From the NCBI GenBank assembly GCA_009780435.1, contig WRAB01000002.1:62420-126419 (forward strand): a DNA stretch of 64,000 nt. The letters run 5' to 3'. Positions within the stretch are counted from its first letter, which is position 1; each line of letters starts with the position of its first letter. A program made the position numbers and the translations under genes. Below, piece after piece: positions 43,896-54,086 of the stretch. The notes beneath the pieces were generated by a model. That model was not told where the DNA came from, searched no databases, and worked only from the letters and a program-made list of their open reading frames with translations. This DNA comes from Oscillospiraceae bacterium. GTDB lineage: Bacteria; Bacillota; Clostridia; Oscillospirales; Oscillospiraceae.

Positions 43896-46838
43896 ATGAG
43901 CATACGAATCGGAATTGACATAGGCAGTACCACGGTCAAAGTGGTGCTGTTGGACGAGCAGAATCAACTGCTCTATCACTCTTATGAGCGCCACTACTCC
44001 AAGGTGCGCGAAAAAGCGGCGGAGCAATTGCGCCAAGTGGCAGATCGTTTGGCGGGCCGAGAAGTCCACGCAGTGATCACCGGATCGGCGGGCCTGGGCG
44101 TCTCTAAGGCGTCTGATATCCCCTTCGTCCAGGAGGTCTACGCCACCGCTGCCGTAGTCCAGGCATATATTCCCGACGCCGACGCCGTCATCGAATTGGG
44201 CGGCGAGGATGCGAAGATCATCTTCCTGACCGGCGGCCTGGAAGAGCGGATGAACGGGTCCTGCGCCGGCGGCACCGGCGCATTTATCGACCAGATGGCC
44301 ACCCTGTTGGACGTATCTGTGCCGGAACTGGACGCCCTCTGCTTGCAACATGAAAAAATCTACCCCATCGCCTCCCGTTGTGGCGTTTTTGCCAAGAGCG
44401 ATATCCAGCCCATCTTGAATCAGGGGGGGCGTCGAGCGGATATCGCCGCGTCCATTTTCCAGGCCGTGGTGGATCAGACCGTTGGGGGCCTGACCCAGGG
44501 CCGGGAGCTGACGGGGAAAATCGTCTTCCTCGGCGGCCCATTGACCTTCCTCACAGGCTTGCGCCAGCGATTCGTAGAGACATTGGAACTGGACGCCCAC
44601 CACGCAATTTTCCCGGAACACGCCGAGTGCTATGCCGCCATCGGTGCGGCCCTCTGTGCCGGAGATAAAGCGCCCGTCCTGTTTGAGGACATGTTGCGGC
44701 GATTAGAGGAATCCGTGGAAGATGTGGGCCCCACCGATATCATGGAACCCCTCTTTGCCTCTGCTGATGAATACGAGGCATTTAAACGCCGCCACGGGGC
44801 CGCCGCACCGGAACCTGTAGACGCGGAAAACTATCACGGCGCGGCGTATCTCGGCATCGACGCCGGGAGCACCACTACGAAACTGGTGCTCATCACCCCG
44901 GACGGGGGGATTTTATACAGTTATTACGGCTCCAACAAAGGCAGCCCTGTGACCATTGTCTTGGAGGAGCTCAAAAAGCTCCGCACATTCTGCGGAGACC
45001 GGATCGCAATCGCCGCAAGCGCCGTCACGGGCTACGGCGAAGACCTCATGCGGCACGCCTTTTCCATCGACGCGGGGCTGGTGGAGACCGTGGCCCACTA
45101 CCGGGCGGCCCGGCATTTTAATCCCCGGGTGGATTTTATTATCGACATCGGCGGCCAGGATATGAAGTGCTTCAAAATCCGCGGCGGGGCCGTGGACAGC
45201 ATCCTGCTCAACGAGGCCTGTTCCTCCGGATGCGGTAGCTTTATTGAGACATTCGCCAAGGCGTTGGATTACGACATCGCCGACTTCGCCACCCTGGGCA
45301 TCTTGGATCAGACTCCGACAAACTTGGGCAGCCGCTGTACCGTATTTATGAACTCTAGTGTCAAGCAGGCCCAGAAAGAGGGGGCCGGCGTGGAGTCCAT
45401 CTCCGCCGGACTATCCCTGTCCATTGTGAAAAATGCCATCTACAAGGTGGTTCGGGCGGCCAGCGCCGACGATCTGGGGCGGCATATTGTCGTCCAGGGG
45501 GGGACGTTCCTCAATGACGCCGTCCTCCGGGGCTTTGAGCAGGAAATCGGCAGAGAGGTGACCCGGCCCACCATCGCAGGGCTCATGGGGGCCTACGGAG
45601 CGGCTCTGGCGGCCAAAGATTTGGATCCCGGTATCAGCGGCAATCTACTGGACCTCTCCGCGCTAGAGGCCTTTACCCACACGGCGAACCCCAGCGCCTG
45701 TAAGGCGTGTACCAATCGGTGCAGTCTCACAGTCAACACCTTTGACGGCGGGCGGCGGTTCCTCTCCGGCAACCGGTGCTCCGTCCCCTTGGGGGGCGAA
45801 AAGGGCGGGGAGCCGAATCTCATGGCGTATAAATACCAGTCCCTCCGGGCCATGACGGGCAGAGGCGACGGCACCGGGATGCGGGGGACAATCGGAATTC
45901 CTTTTGGGCTGAATATGTATGAGAATCTGCCCTTCTGGTATGCATTTTTTACGAAGCTGAACTTTGAGATCGTCCTGTCCCCCGAATCCAGTAGAGACCT
46001 GTACGTGAAAGGCCAGCGGACCATCCCCTCGGACACGGTCTGCTACCCGGCGAAACTCCTCCACGGCCATGTGGAACACTTAATCGACATGGGGGTGGAC
46101 GCTATCTTCTATCCCTGTATGTCTTACAACTTTGACGAGGGCAAGGGGGACAACCATTTCAACTGTCCCGTGGTGGCCTATTATCCGGAATTGTTGCGGG
46201 CCAACATCGCCAGGCTGGACGGGGTCAAATACATAGATACATATTTTGGTCTCCACAGGCCCAAGGGCTTGGAGAAGGTGGCATCGGCGTATTTTTTATC
46301 CGAGTTTAATATCCCCAAAAAAGAGACCGCCTCTGCCATCCGTGCGGCGTATCAGGCCTATGAGCAGTACCGCCAAGATATCCGTGCCGAGGGGGCAAAG
46401 GCCATCCGATACGCACGGGAGCACGGCAAGCGGATTCTCGTCGTGGCGGGGCGGCCCTATCACATCGACCCGGAGATCAACCACGGCCTGGATGAGATGA
46501 TTACTTCCTTCGGCCTGGTCTTGATCACCGAAGACGCCATCGACCACTTGGTCGGCCCGGAGAAGCGCCGGGTACTCAACCAGTGGACGTATCACGCCCG
46601 CATCTACGACGCGGCCCGGTATGTCTGCACCCAGCCGGACATGCAGTTACTCCAACTGGTCAGCTTCGGCTGCGGATTAGATGCCATCTGTACCGACGAG
46701 GTGCGGGATATTTTAGAGCGATCTGGCAAACTCTACACCCAGATCAAAATTGATGATATCTCCAACCTGGGTACGGCACGGATTCGCATCCGCAGTCTGA
46801 TCGCCGCAGCGGAATATTTAGACGGGGGGGCGTTGTAA
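43896..46838 (+). CDS. BadF/BadG/BcrA/BcrD (HgdC-type) double ATPase fused to a DUF2229-like domain ('CoA-substrate-specific enzyme activase' family)
   Basis: There are two actin-fold ATPase modules (IGIDIGSTTVK and LGIDAGSTTTK), a Cys cluster CKACTNRC, and a long C-terminal domain. Confidence 0.8.
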   Translation: MSIRIGIDIGSTTVKVVLLDEQNQLLYHSYERHYSKVREKAAEQLRQVADRLAGREVHAVITGSAGLGVSKASDIPFVQEVYATAAVVQAYIPDADAVIELGGEDAKIIFLTGGLEERMNGSCAGGTGAFIDQMATLLDVSVPELDALCLQHEKIYPIASRCGVFAKSDIQPILNQGGRRADIAASIFQAVVDQTVGGLTQGRELTGKIVFLGGPLTFLTGLRQRFVETLELDAHHAIFPEHAECYAAIGAALCAGDKAPVLFEDMLRRLEESVEDVGPTDIMEPLFASADEYEAFKRRHGAAAPEPVDAENYHGAAYLGIDAGSTTTKLVLITPDGGILYSYYGSNKGSPVTIVLEELKKLRTFCGDRIAIAASAVTGYGEDLMRHAFSIDAGLVETVAHYRAARHFNPRVDFIIDIGGQDMKCFKIRGGAVDSILLNEACSSGCGSFIETFAKALDYDIADFATLGILDQTPTNLGSRCTVFMNSSVKQAQKEGAGVESISAGLSLSIVKNAIYKVVRAASADDLGRHIVVQGGTFLNDAVLRGFEQEIGREVTRPTIAGLMGAYGAALAAKDLDPGISGNLLDLSALEAFTHTANPSACKACTNRCSLTVNTFDGGRRFLSGNRCSVPLGGEKGGEPNLMAYKYQSLRAMTGRGDGTGMRGTIGIPFGLNMYENLPFWYAFFTKLNFEIVLSPESSRDLYVKGQRTIPSDTVCYPAKLLHGHVEHLIDMGVDAIFYPCMSYNFDEGKGDNHFNCPVVAYYPELLRANIARLDGVKYIDTYFGLHRPKGLEKVASAYFLSEFNIPKKETASAIRAAYQAYEQYRQDIRAEGAKAIRYAREHGKRILVVAGRPYHIDPEINHGLDEMITSFGLVLITEDAIDHLVGPEKRRVLNQWTYHARIYDAARYVCTQPDMQLLQLVSFGCGLDAICTDEVRDILERSGKLYTQIKIDDISNLGTARIRIRSLIAAAEYLDGGAL

Positions 46839-46839
46839 T

Positions 46840-48105
46840 ATGGCCGAACTCATCTACGACAAAGACGGTAGACTCCTCTTCACCAAGGAAATGAAACGGG
46901 AGTATACCCTCCTCATGCCCACCATGCTCCCGGTGACCTTTACCTTGATGAAAAAACTCCTGGAGTTGGACGGCTACAAGATCGATCTGCTGGAGACCAC
47001 GCACCGGGGCATTGTGGACACGGGGTTAAAATACGTCCACAACGACACTTGCTATCCGGCCCTGCTGGTCATCGGCCAATTGATGGAAGCCATCAACAGC
47101 GGCCAGTATGACAAGCGCAAAATCGCCCTTATGATCTCTCAGACTGGTGGCGGGTGCCGGGCGTCCAACTATATCCATCTGCTCCGAAAGGCTCTGGAGA
47201 AGGCGGGACTAGACTATGTCCCTGTGGTCTCTATCAATATGTCGGGGCTGGAGAAAAACCCCGGATTTTCTTTTAATGTGCGCACCGTGCGCCGCCTGGT
47301 GCCGGCTATGATCTACGGGGATATCCTTGTCCATCTGGCCAATCAGTGCCGTCCCTATGAGAAAACCCTCGGCGAGACTGACAAGCAAATTGACCGCTGG
47401 ACAAACCATCTGGTCGATCTCTTTTCTAAGGGCCGGGGTCTGCGGAAGAAGGAGATGCAAACGGTGATGACTGCCATCGCCGCCGGGTTTGCGGAGATTC
47501 CCCTGGAACAAATAGACCGGCCTCTGGTGGGTGTGGTGGGCGAGATTTACGTGAAATTCGCGCCCTTGGGCAACAATAATTTGGAGGATTTCCTCTTGTC
47601 CGAGGGCTGTGAAACCATTGTGCCGGGCCTGACGGACTTTCTGCTGTTCAAAATCGACAACCGGATCGAGGATGTGGATCTCTACGGAGGGCGATATCTG
47701 AAAAAGAAACTGGCACAGTTTCTCAAAAGTTACATCGAGAGCCTCCAACAGTGTATGATCAACGCCGTCAAAACCCAGCCGAACTTCCGAGTCATGGAAC
47801 CCTTCTCCGCCCTAAAGTCCGGCGTCGCCGGATACCTGGGCTACGGCAACAAGATGGGCGAGGGCTGGCTTCTCACCGCCGAGATGATTGAGCTAATCCA
47901 CGCCGGGATCACCAATATTGTCTGCACCCAGCCCTTTGGCTGTCTGCCCAATCATATTGTGGGCAAGGGCATGATCCGCAAGCTCAAAGACGACTTCCCG
48001 GACTCCAACATCGTGGCCATCGACTACGATCCCGGTGCGACAAAGATAAACCAGGAGAACCGGATTAAACTCATGTTGTCCAATGCAGGACGCAGGGCCG
48101 TGTAG
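46840..48105 (+). CDS. 2-hydroxyacyl-CoA dehydratase-related protein (partner of the activase-like gene)
   Basis: 421 aa. It is translationally coupled, starting 2 nt after the upstream stop. Conserved Cys residues are present (NDTCYP, GGGCRASN). Confidence 0.7.
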   Translation: MAELIYDKDGRLLFTKEMKREYTLLMPTMLPVTFTLMKKLLELDGYKIDLLETTHRGIVDTGLKYVHNDTCYPALLVIGQLMEAINSGQYDKRKIALMISQTGGGCRASNYIHLLRKALEKAGLDYVPVVSINMSGLEKNPGFSFNVRTVRRLVPAMIYGDILVHLANQCRPYEKTLGETDKQIDRWTNHLVDLFSKGRGLRKKEMQTVMTAIAAGFAEIPLEQIDRPLVGVVGEIYVKFAPLGNNNLEDFLLSEGCETIVPGLTDFLLFKIDNRIEDVDLYGGRYLKKKLAQFLKSYIESLQQCMINAVKTQPNFRVMEPFSALKSGVAGYLGYGNKMGEGWLLTAEMIELIHAGITNIVCTQPFGCLPNHIVGKGMIRKLKDDFPDSNIVAIDYDPGATKINQENRIKLMLSNAGRRAV

Positions 48106-48156
48106 GGCTTATAGACAGAGAGTGTAAATGTGCATGTGGAAGGATGGTGACTTATC

Positions 48157-50616
48157 GTGACAACAGATGCGTTCAGAGACGAAGTGAAAAGGCGAATAAA
48201 AGATTTTTCTTATGAGGAAACTATTTATTTCGCATGGCTTTGCGCTGTACGGGTACTACCTTTTTTGAGTGCGGAAAGGAAATTCAAATATTGGGAAGAA
48301 CAGGATAGGCAAAAACATCTGTTTTCAATATTTCGAGCGATTGATACCGCCGCCATCGCCGACGACGCCGACGTTGCCGCCATCGCCGACGTTGCCGCCG
48401 ACGCCGCCATCGCCTCCGCCTCCGCCATCGCCTCCGCCGCCGACGTTGCCGACGCCGCCTTCTTTGCCGCCACCGTCGCCGCCGACGTTGCCGCCACCGC
48501 CGACGATGCCGCCATCGCCGCCACCACCGCCTTCTTTGCCACCACCGTCGCCGCCGCTGACGACGTTGCCGCTACCGTCGCCAATAACCAAAAAGAATTT
48601 TCCGTTGTAATACTTTCTGATATAGATGCCATTACGGCAAAGGCCCGAAAAACATATCATAATGATGTAAGTATATATGGCGAGATATGGCATCACTTTT
48701 TAGCTGACCTGCGAGGAATCGGCTGTGGATATTGGGCAAATCTATATGAAGAGTTATTTAGAAATGGCTTTGTTGTAGATGAAGAAGAACTGGAACGCCG
48801 CCTCAATGTGCCAGACGAAATAAAAGCACAGGGTGCAGCGGCTGTTGGGCAATATTTGGAACGTCTGGGGGACGACACAGAGCGGCTGAATGAGGCCCGT
48901 ATCATTATCCTGGGCGAAAAAGGCGCTGGCAAGACGAGTATTGCACGTAAGCTGATCGACATAGACGCAGATTTGCCGCAGGAGCATGAGAGCACACCGG
49001 GGGTCTCCGTTTTGGGCTGGCGATTAGAAGATAACCAGGGCGGGGACGCCATGAACGTCCACATATGGGACTTTGCCGGTCACGCCATTACCCATGCCGC
49101 ACACCGCTGTTTCATGTCTTCACGGTGTCTGTATATTTATGTCTATGATGGGCGAGGCGAACACGCCAACCGGCCCGACTATTGGCTGGAACAAATTAGA
49201 GTCTACGGGGGACAGTCCCCTGTTCTCTTCCTGATTAACGAAAAAGACGACCACAGGCCAAATGTTGAGCGTAAGACACTACAAAATCGTTACCCGTCTA
49301 TTCAGGACTATTACAGTTTTGACATATGGAGCGAGGATCAGGAAAAACTGAAATCCTTCCGTGGAGCCGTGGCAGACCTGCTCCGCAACAATCCGGCTTG
49401 GAACCGGCAGGAAATATCCGCCGATGCATACCGAATTAAGGAGGAGCTACGCACTCATTTTGAGAACAACAGGGCGGATTCTATCACCCGAGAACAGTTT
49501 GACGAAATTGCGGAAAAAACCGATGCGTCACCTGAAATGCACGGGAAAATATTAGAAGATTTACATACCCTGGGCATTTGTCTCTGGTATAACACAGAAG
49601 ACATGCGAGATTTCAACCAGTTGGTATTGAATCCTGACTGGATTTCCAATGGTATCTATAAGATAATTAATTGGGGGGACAAAAAAGAAAAACATATCAT
49701 GTCAGTTGATGATGTGACAGAGATTTTCACCGGAGAGGATAAGCCCCGTTATCCAAGAGATAAAATCCGGTTTCTATTTAAACTGATGAACGTGTACGAA
49801 TTGGCATTTTTCAAAGATAGTCAAATTTTTGTTCCGATTCTGCTGCCCGCTGACCGTCCCGACACTTTTCCGGATTTTCCGGATGATGAACGCTTGACTA
49901 TGTGCTTTCATGTAGAAAAAGCCTTGCCGCCAAACGTTGTTTCACGGTTAATTGTGCGCCACAACGAAGAACTTGGTGACGAAAACGAGGTCTGGCGCAA
50001 AGGTGCGGTGCTGCGCTATTGTAGCGGAGATGCCATTGCACTGGCAATAGAAGATGAGCGGAGCATTCATGTGCGGGTCAAGGGAGCGGACAAAACACAA
50101 TACATTTCGCACTTGCGTGATACTTTGAAAGCTATTTTTGAAAGCTACAAAGAGATGCACCCCGACGTGCTCTATGAGGTTCTGGTTCCGGAAGAGATAA
50201 ATGTACCCATTCCTGTGCGTAGAGAACCACTTCTGCTAAAAGGGGAGACTATTCTCGCACATTTACGTGCGGGGCGTCCATACCTTGACGAGTTTAGCGG
50301 CAAAGACATTACATTGGTAGCGATAGGGGACTATTATGATTTGAGAACTATAACCAATGGATTTACAGGCTCCGAACTTTTAGGGTTAATTGCCGAAATT
50401 CGGAATCACGCCTGGGAATCCCCTGATGAGTTCAAAACAATAGCTGAAAGCCTCAAAACAATAGAAAATGAGTTGACGCAACAAAATGAAAAAAGCCCTG
50501 GCCTTTTGAAAAAAACCCTTTCGGGGCTACGGGCAGTGAATGATACAAAAAAATTTGGCACTACGGTTCATTCTTTAGCTCAATCTCTCCAAACATTTTT
50601 GGAGACATGCTCTTAA
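48157..50616 (+). CDS. Roc-COR (ROCO-type) GTPase with an N-terminal helical segment and an Ala/Asp-rich hexad-repeat tract
   Basis: 819 aa with a GTG start. The P-loop is ILGEKGAGKTS, the switch II motif is WDFAGH, and the G4-like motif is LINEKDD. COR-like stretches are LEDLHTLGICLWY, LVLNPDWISNGIYKIIN, VYELAFF...FVPILLP and VWRKGAVLRY. GC is lower than in the flanking genes. Confidence 0.8.
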   Translation: MTTDAFRDEVKRRIKDFSYEETIYFAWLCAVRVLPFLSAERKFKYWEEQDRQKHLFSIFRAIDTAAIADDADVAAIADVAADAAIASASAIASAADVADAAFFAATVAADVAATADDAAIAATTAFFATTVAAADDVAATVANNQKEFSVVILSDIDAITAKARKTYHNDVSIYGEIWHHFLADLRGIGCGYWANLYEELFRNGFVVDEEELERRLNVPDEIKAQGAAAVGQYLERLGDDTERLNEARIIILGEKGAGKTSIARKLIDIDADLPQEHESTPGVSVLGWRLEDNQGGDAMNVHIWDFAGHAITHAAHRCFMSSRCLYIYVYDGRGEHANRPDYWLEQIRVYGGQSPVLFLINEKDDHRPNVERKTLQNRYPSIQDYYSFDIWSEDQEKLKSFRGAVADLLRNNPAWNRQEISADAYRIKEELRTHFENNRADSITREQFDEIAEKTDASPEMHGKILEDLHTLGICLWYNTEDMRDFNQLVLNPDWISNGIYKIINWGDKKEKHIMSVDDVTEIFTGEDKPRYPRDKIRFLFKLMNVYELAFFKDSQIFVPILLPADRPDTFPDFPDDERLTMCFHVEKALPPNVVSRLIVRHNEELGDENEVWRKGAVLRYCSGDAIALAIEDERSIHVRVKGADKTQYISHLRDTLKAIFESYKEMHPDVLYEVLVPEEINVPIPVRREPLLLKGETILAHLRAGRPYLDEFSGKDITLVAIGDYYDLRTITNGFTGSELLGLIAEIRNHAWESPDEFKTIAESLKTIENELTQQNEKSPGLLKKTLSGLRAVNDTKKFGTTVHSLAQSLQTFLETCS
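48346..48582 (+). repeat. Internally repetitive, very GC-rich coding tract (Ala/Asp/Val/Ile/Thr/Phe only)
   Basis: GCCGCCATCGCCGAC occurs twice and GACGTTGCCGCC several times. Two units of about 40 nt carry GCCTTCTTTGCC(G/A)CCACCGTCGCCGCCG. All six reading frames stay open across the tract. Confidence 0.85.
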
Positions 50617-50641
50617 TTAACAAAATCCCCAAGGAGACACT

Positions 50642-53470
50642 ATGCAAAACAGCATCTACATCAAAGGCGCCAGAGAGAACAATCTGCGAAATGTTGACAT
50701 CCGAATCCCCAGAGATCAACTGGTGGTATTTACGGGGATTTCCGGGAGCGGGAAGAGTTCTCTGGCTTTCGATACAATCTATGCAGAGGGGCAGAGACGG
50801 TATGTGGAGTCTCTGTCCGCCTACGCACGGCAATTTTTGGGCCAGATGGAGAAGCCCGACGTGGACTACATCGAGGGCCTCTCTCCCGCCATCTCCATTG
50901 ACCAGAAGACCACCAGCAAAAACCCCCGCTCCACCGTGGGGACGGTGACGGAGATATACGACTATCTGCGTCTGCTCTGGGCCAGAGTGGGGTCGCCCCA
51001 TTGTCCCGATTGCGGCAAGGAGATTCAACAACAGACCATCGACCAGATCATCGACCAGGTGCTGGCCCTGCCCGCAGAGACGCGGATTCAGGTGCTGGCC
51101 CCCGTGGTCAGGGCCAGAAAGGGCGAACACGTCAAAGTCTTTGAAGACGCCCGGAAAAGTGGGTACGTCCGTGTCCGTGTAGACGGGCATATCTATGATC
51201 TGACGGAAGAGATCAAACTGGAAAAAAACAAAAAACACAGTATCGAGGTAGTCGTCGATCGGTTGGTCATCCGGGAGGACGTGGCCAAGCGGTTGGCGGA
51301 TTCCGTGGAGACCGCCTCCGGTCTCTCCGGCGGGCTGGTGATTATCGACATAACGGAGACGGGCCAGGAACTGCTCTTCTCCCAGAATTACGCCTGTGAG
51401 GACTGCGGCATCTCCATCGAGGAACTGACGCCCCGGATGTTCTCGTTTAACAACCCCTACGGGGCCTGCGCCGCCTGTACAGGCCTGGGCCACATTATGC
51501 GGGTGGATCCGGATATTATCATCCCCAACCAAGCGTTGAGCATCGAGGAGGGGGCCGTATCCGCCTCCGGCTGGGGGAATGTCCGGGGGGACTCCATCTC
51601 CCGGATGTATTTTGACGCCTTGGCCAAGAAATACAAGTTCAAACTCTCAACCCCCGTCCGGAACCTGCCGCCTGAGGTGTTGGATATTATCCTCTACGGC
51701 ACCAAAGGAGAAAAACTCTCCCTCAACTACGACAGAGAGCGGGGCGTAGGCACATTGAGCCAGCCCTTTGAGGGGATCGTGAATAACCTGGAACGTCGCT
51801 ACCACGAGACCCAGAGCCCATCTATGCGGTGGGAGATCGAACAATATATGTCCCGCTATCTCTGCCCCGACTGCGACGGCCGCCGCTTGAAAAAAGAGGC
51901 CCTGGCCGTCACTGTGGGGGAGATCAACATCGCCGACATGACGGAAAAAAGCGTCACCCAGGCGTTGGAGTTCGTGGAACAGTTGCGCTTGGACGAGACC
52001 AAAATGCTGATTGCCGAGCGGATTCTCAAAGAGATTCGGGAGCGGTTGGGTTTTCTCGTCAGCGTGGGGCTTACTTATCTGACCCTGGCCCGTCAGTCTG
52101 GCAGTTTGTCCGGTGGGGAGAGTCAGCGGATTCGTCTGGCCACCCAGATTGGATCGAGCCTTATGGGTGTGTTATACATCTTAGATGAACCCAGTATAGG
52201 GCTCCATCAGCGGGATAATGAGAAGCTTTTAGCCACCCTCTTTCGCCTTCGTGACCTGGGTAATACCTTAGTTGTCGTGGAGCACGACGAGGACACCATG
52301 CGGGCGGCAGATCACATTGTCGATGTAGGCCCCGGCGCCGGTGTCCACGGCGGAGAGATTATCTTTTCCGGGACCCCGGCGGAGATTTTACAATGTGAGG
52401 ATTCCATCACGGGTCAGTATTTATCGGGAAAGAAAATGATCCCCGTACCGAAGACCCGGCGGGTACTGGACGGTCCGCGGTTGGAGATTCTAGGGGCCGC
52501 GGAGAACAATCTCCAAGACATCGACGTGGCCTTTCCCCTGGGGGTTATGACCTGCGTCACCGGGGTTTCCGGCAGCGGAAAGAGCTCTCTGGTCAACGAG
52601 ATACTATACAAGGGGTTGGCGGCGGAGCTGAACCGGGTGAAAGTCAAGCCGGGCAAACACCGGGTCATCCGGGGCATGGAGTTTTTGGACAAGATCATCA
52701 ACATCGACCAGAGTCCCATCGGCAGGACACCCCGCTCCAACCCGGCCACCTATACCAGCCTGTTCAACGACGTGCGGGATCTATTCGCCTCTACCCAGGA
52801 GGCAAAAGCCCGTGGCTACGGGCCGGGCCGGTTCTCTTTCAACGTCAAGGGTGGGCGTTGCGAGGCCTGCTCCGGGGACGGACTATTGAAGATCGAAATG
52901 CACTTTTTGCCCGATATCTACGTCCCCTGTGAGGTCTGTAAGGGCAAGCGGTACAACCGGGAGACCCTGGAGGTGCGCTATAAGGGCAAAAATATCAGCG
53001 AAGTGCTGGATATGACCGCCGCAGAGGGCCTGGGCTTTTTTGAGAATCTGCCCAAGTTGAAAAATAAGCTGCAGACCCTGTGTGACGTGGGGCTGGGATA
53101 TATCCGGCTGGGACAGCCCTCCACCACCCTGTCCGGCGGAGAGGCCCAGCGGGTCAAATTGGCCACAGAGCTCACCAAGCGGGCCACGGGCCGCACCATT
53201 TACGTACTGGATGAGCCCACGACGGGCCTCCACGTAGACGACGTGGCAAAACTCCTAGACGTTCTGGCCCGACTGGTGGATGCGGGCAACACGGTGGTGG
53301 TCATTGAGCACAACCTGGACGTAATCAAGACGGCGGATTATATACTAGACCTGGGCCCCGAGGGGGGCGACGGCGGCGGACAACTCCTCTGCCAGGGTAC
53401 GCCGGAGGAGATCATCCAATGCCCGGAGAGCTATACGGGACAGTTTTTACGTAAAATCTTAGCGCCTTAG
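50642..53470 (+). CDS. uvrA: Excinuclease ABC subunit A
   Basis: 942 aa. [45 protein letters not shown] is followed by two ABC modules and zinc fingers. Confidence 0.97.
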   Translation: MQNSIYIKGARENNLRNVDIRIPRDQLVVFTGISGSGKSSLAFDTIYAEGQRRYVESLSAYARQFLGQMEKPDVDYIEGLSPAISIDQKTTSKNPRSTVGTVTEIYDYLRLLWARVGSPHCPDCGKEIQQQTIDQIIDQVLALPAETRIQVLAPVVRARKGEHVKVFEDARKSGYVRVRVDGHIYDLTEEIKLEKNKKHSIEVVVDRLVIREDVAKRLADSVETASGLSGGLVIIDITETGQELLFSQNYACEDCGISIEELTPRMFSFNNPYGACAACTGLGHIMRVDPDIIIPNQALSIEEGAVSASGWGNVRGDSISRMYFDALAKKYKFKLSTPVRNLPPEVLDIILYGTKGEKLSLNYDRERGVGTLSQPFEGIVNNLERRYHETQSPSMRWEIEQYMSRYLCPDCDGRRLKKEALAVTVGEINIADMTEKSVTQALEFVEQLRLDETKMLIAERILKEIRERLGFLVSVGLTYLTLARQSGSLSGGESQRIRLATQIGSSLMGVLYILDEPSIGLHQRDNEKLLATLFRLRDLGNTLVVVEHDEDTMRAADHIVDVGPGAGVHGGEIIFSGTPAEILQCEDSITGQYLSGKKMIPVPKTRRVLDGPRLEILGAAENNLQDIDVAFPLGVMTCVTGVSGSGKSSLVNEILYKGLAAELNRVKVKPGKHRVIRGMEFLDKIINIDQSPIGRTPRSNPATYTSLFNDVRDLFASTQEAKARGYGPGRFSFNVKGGRCEACSGDGLLKIEMHFLPDIYVPCEVCKGKRYNRETLEVRYKGKNISEVLDMTAAEGLGFFENLPKLKNKLQTLCDVGLGYIRLGQPSTTLSGGEAQRVKLATELTKRATGRTIYVLDEPTTGLHVDDVAKLLDVLARLVDAGNTVVVIEHNLDVIKTADYILDLGPEGGDGGGQLLCQGTPEEIIQCPESYTGQFLRKILAP

Positions 53471-53484
53471 AGGAGAGCAGTCAT

Positions 53485-53994
53485 ATGGCAGAGTTTTTTT
53501 TCGAACTATTCGCATTTTTGGGCGATACCCTGGCGGGTCGGATTTTGCAGACGTTTTTTCTCTCCCTGCTCCCCATAGTGGGTCTACAGGCGAGTTTGCC
53601 CTACAGCATAGTACACCTGGGACTCCACCCTTTGCTAGCCCTTGCGGTCTGTGTGGTGGGTAACATTGTGCCAGTGCCGTTTATTATCCTGTTCATTCGG
53701 AAAATCATCGACTGGATGAAAGAGCGGAGCCATATCTTTCAACGTTTGGCGGATAGGTTAGAAGCCAAGGGGAACAAGAATATTGGAAAGATACAAAAGT
53801 ACCAGATGTTCGGCCTCTATCTTCTGGTATCCACCCCTCTCCCCGGCTCCGGCGCCTGGGGCGGATCATTGGCGGCGGCCCTGTTGAATATGCGCCTGCG
53901 CCGTGCATTCCCCATTATCGCCATCGGCATCCTCACCTCCGGGACGATTGTTCTGATTATTACCCTGGGAATTGCGGCGATGTTTGCGTTTTGA
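53485..53994 (+). CDS. Small multidrug-export-like membrane protein (COG2426 family)
   Basis: 169 aa with 4-5 TM segments. The motif LLPIVGLQASLPY is typical of this family. Confidence 0.65.
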   Translation: MAEFFFELFAFLGDTLAGRILQTFFLSLLPIVGLQASLPYSIVHLGLHPLLALAVCVVGNIVPVPFIILFIRKIIDWMKERSHIFQRLADRLEAKGNKNIGKIQKYQMFGLYLLVSTPLPGSGAWGGSLAAALLNMRLRRAFPIIAIGILTSGTIVLIITLGIAAMFAF

Positions 53995-54001
53995 TGATGT
54001 A

Positions 54002-54086
54002 GGGGCGGCAACCTGCCGCCCGCATATTGTTTCCCCCCAACGTATGGCCGGTATATTTTCCACCCCGGGCGGCAGATTGTCGCCCC
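54002..54086. repeat. Pair of related GC-rich palindromes forming 24-nt inverted arms (GTAGGGGCGRCAAYCTGCCGCCCG)
   Basis: Copies at 54002-54021 (ggggcggcaacctgccgccc) and 54067-54086 (gggcggcagattgtcgcccc). The arms match at 22 of 24 positions as an inverted repeat, with a spacer of about 43 nt. Confidence 0.7.

Noticed and set aside
48225-48696. Pro-rich (plus strand), Ala-rich and Gly-rich (minus strand) ORFs over the repeat tract. I also briefly considered whether the periodic repeats could be a CRISPR-like or other non-coding array.
   Set aside because: The tract lies in frame within one continuous 819-aa ORF that has clear GTPase/COR domains downstream. The repeats are 3-nt periodic, imperfect and contiguous, with no spacer structure. 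The other frames are open only because of the GCC/GGC-biased composition.
50561-51532. A 323-aa minus-strand ORF overlapping the start of uvrA. Similar long antisense ORFs lie at 35682-36662 (inside lhr), 43836-44621 (inside the activase gene) and 53817-54648.
   Set aside because: All of them are antisense to well-supported genes, lack RBSs, and have arginine/glycine/proline-rich compositions typical of spurious frames in GC-rich DNA.
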